DNA of 64,000 bases from Vulcanimicrobiota bacterium (lineage in GTDB: Bacteria > Vulcanimicrobiota > Vulcanimicrobiia > Eremiobacterales > Eremiobacteraceae): positions 1,376,001 through 1,440,000 of the forward strand of contig CAWETU010000001.1 of NCBI GenBank assembly GCA_963812135.1. The letters are read 5' to 3'. The notes below the pieces were generated by a model, which saw nothing but the letters and a program-made list of their open reading frames with translations, ran no database searches and was not told the origin of the DNA. The stretch's first letter is position 1. Each line of letters opens with the position of its first letter. This document shows, one piece after another, positions 61,629-64,000 of this stretch. Both the position numbers and the translations under genes were made by a program.

Positions 61629-62709
61629 GTGGCGAAGACGTACAAGATCGCCGTCATCCCCGGAGACGGCGTCGGACCCGAAGTGACGGACGAGGGCCTC
61701 AAGGTCCTCGAACGCGCTTCGAAGCTTTTCGGTTTCACCTACACGACGAAAACGTATCCGTTCGGGGCCGATCATTACCTCGCGACCAAGGAGTTCATGC
61801 CGGCGGGCCAGCTGGACGAGTTCCGGACGATGGACGCGATTCTGCTCGGCGCGATCGGCGATCCGCGACTACCCCCTGGTCTTGTGGAGCGCGGCGTCAT
61901 CGCCGCGACGCGGTTCGGGTTGGACCTGTATATCAATCTGCGTCCCATCAAGCTGTACGCCGAACACCTGTGTCCGATCAAGGGCAAGAAACCAGAAGAC
62001 GTCGACATGGTCGTCGTGCGCGAGAACACCGAGGATCTCTACACCGGACTCGGCGGATACTTCAAAAAGGGTACGCCCGACGAAGTCGTCATCGCCAATC
62101 AGATCTTCACGCGCAAGGGCATCGAGCGAGCCGTGCGTTACGCCTTCGATCTTGCGGTCCGCCGCAACGGGAAGAAGAAGCTCACGCTCGTCGACAAAGC
62201 CAATGCGATCGAAGTGCAGCAGCTGTGGCGGCGCACGGTCGAAGAAGTGGCGCCGGACTACCCGGGGATCGAATACGATTTCGCCTACATCGATGCGGCG
62301 TGCATGTGGATGGTGAAGAACCCAGAGTCGTTCGACGTGATCGTGACGACCAAATCTGTTCGGCGACATCCTCACCGACCTTGGCGCGATGGTGCAAGGC
62401 GGCATGGGCGTGGCGGCGTCGGGCAACATCCATCCCGGCAAGGTCAGTCTCTTCGAGCCGATCCACGGCTCGGCGCCCAAGTATAAAGGTAAGAACGTCG
62501 TCAGTCCGATCGCGGCGATCGGCGCGGTCGGCATGATGCTCGACTATCTCGGCGAGCGCCGCGCCGCAGACGCGATCGACGCGACGATCGGGTCGTTGCT
62601 TTCGAGCAAGCGCATCCCGTCGCTCGACGCCTCGAGCGGACTGAAGACGTCGCAGATCGGCGACATGGTCGCTGACGAACTCGCGAAGACACTCGTCCAG
62701 AGCGCATAG
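61629..62709 (+). CDS. leuB: 3-isopropylmalate dehydrogenase; apparent frameshift ~62353
   Basis: [43 protein letters not shown]. Confidence 0.85.
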
Positions 62710-62720
62710 ATAGAGGAATC

Positions 62721-63911
62721 ATGAAAAACGGAAAGCCTGATGTCGTGCTGGTCAACGCCGCACGGACGCCGTTCGGCAATTTCGGCGGCGCGCTCCGAGA
62801 CGTGAGCGCCATCGATCTCGCCGTGGTGGCGAGCAAGGCAGCGCTGCAGCGCGCGAACGTCGCGCCGGAAAAGATCGATCAAGTCATCCTGGGCAACGTC
62901 ATCCAATCCAGCGCCGACGCCATCTACGCGGCGCGCCACGTCGGTCTCAAGACGGGCTGCCGCGAAGACGTGCCGGCGCTGACGCTCAACCGGCTGTGCG
63001 GCTCGGGACTGCAAGCGATCGTCAGCGGCGCGCAACAGCTGCTGCTCGGCGAGGCCAAGTACGTGCTTGCCGGCGGCACCGAGAACATGAGCCAATCGCC
63101 CCACGTGATCCGGGGCGCGCGCTGGGGTCTCGCGCTCGGTCAAGGCAAGCTCGAGGACTCGCTCTGGGAAGGCCTCACCGACAGCTACAACAACATGCCG
63201 ATGGCGATCACGGCGGAGAACCTCGCGGAGCGCTACGAGATATCGCGCCAAGAAGCCGACGAGTTCAGCCTGCGCTCGCAACGCGGCGCCGCAAAGGCGG
63301 TGGACGACGGCTATTTCGCTGAGGAGATCGCACCGGTTCAAGTCGCCGGCAAAAAAGGGCCGACCGTCGTCGACAAAGACGAAGGCCCGCGGCCCGGCGT
63401 GACCATGGAGCAGCTCGCCAAACTCCCCGCGCGCTTCAAGAAAGACGGCATCGTGACGCCGGGCAACGCGAGCGGCATCACGGACGGCGCCGCGATGGTC
63501 GTGCTGACCACGGCAGAGCAGGCGCGCAAGGACGGCCTCGAGCCGATCGGACGTCTTGTATCGTGGGGCGTCGTCGGAGTCGATCCGGACATCATGGGCA
63601 TCGGCCCTGCGTTTGCGATCCCGCAAGCAGCCGAACGCGCTGGGCTGTCGCTTGACGACTTCGATCTCGTCGAGATCAACGAAGCGTTCGCCCCGCAAGT
63701 GCTCGCGTGCGTCCATGCGCTCCACCTCGATGTCAACAAGCTCAATCCGAACGGCGGCGCCATCGCGCTCGGCCATCCGCTCGGCGCGAGCGGCGCGCGC
63801 ATCACGTACACGCTGCTGCACGAGCTGCGTCGTCGCAAGAAGAAGTACGGCGTCGCCAGCGCGTGCATCGGCGGCGGTCAGGGCATCGCCGGCGTCGTCG
63901 AAGCGCTGTGA
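62721..63911 (+). CDS. Acetyl-CoA C-acetyltransferase (thiolase)
   Basis: RTPFG, NRLCGSG, NEAFA, GHPLGASG, CIGGGQG. Confidence 0.93.
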   Translation: MKNGKPDVVLVNAARTPFGNFGGALRDVSAIDLAVVASKAALQRANVAPEKIDQVILGNVIQSSADAIYAARHVGLKTGCREDVPALTLNRLCGSGLQAIVSGAQQLLLGEAKYVLAGGTENMSQSPHVIRGARWGLALGQGKLEDSLWEGLTDSYNNMPMAITAENLAERYEISRQEADEFSLRSQRGAAKAVDDGYFAEEIAPVQVAGKKGPTVVDKDEGPRPGVTMEQLAKLPARFKKDGIVTPGNASGITDGAAMVVLTTAEQARKDGLEPIGRLVSWGVVGVDPDIMGIGPAFAIPQAAERAGLSLDDFDLVEINEAFAPQVLACVHALHLDVNKLNPNGGAIALGHPLGASGARITYTLLHELRRRKKKYGVASACIGGGQGIAGVVEAL

Positions 63912-64000
63912 TCCGGCGCCGCGCGCCGTCGTCCTGAGGGCTATCAGTGGCCAGCTGCCCCGCCTGCGGTAAAGAGAACAGCGGCACGTCGGCGTTTTGC

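Overview
GC-rich bacterial chromosome segment made mostly of core genes. Gene content and the Pro/Thr-rich secreted proteins suggest a soil Terrabacteria lineage such as Ca. Eremiobacterota; this is inference only. In order, the window holds: (1) an NHEJ-type repair cluster (split LigD, a second LigD polymerase, LigC, no Ku in the window) interleaved with an RsbW/RsbU/RsbV-like partner-switching module; (2) tldD-pmbA plus a small Tat-like peptide; (3) tRNA-Cys running into recG-rsmD-coaD; (4) yceD-rpmF-fabH-fabD-fabG-acpP-ffh-rpsP-khpA-rimM; (5) metabolic and stress genes, including a DnaQ/UvrC-like fusion behind SOS-like boxes; (6) a class II ribonucleotide reductase (nrdJ) with two inteins at catalytic Cys sites, NrdR boxes and an SOS-like box; (7) a two-subunit NAD synthetase, cinA, a subtilase and an APC permease; (8) leuC/leuD/leuB interleaved with secreted-protein genes, then a thiolase. 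About nine single-base frameshifts, mostly in short homopolymers, look like long-read errors. The most striking observation is a 24-nt GTAG-headed palindromic (REP-like) element, consensus CGGTCGARTAAAYTCGACCGCTAC. All six copies found lie in or overlap protein-coding sequence (coaD x2, fabH x2, NAD-synthetase glutaminase, leuD stop), and between them they use all three reading frames.
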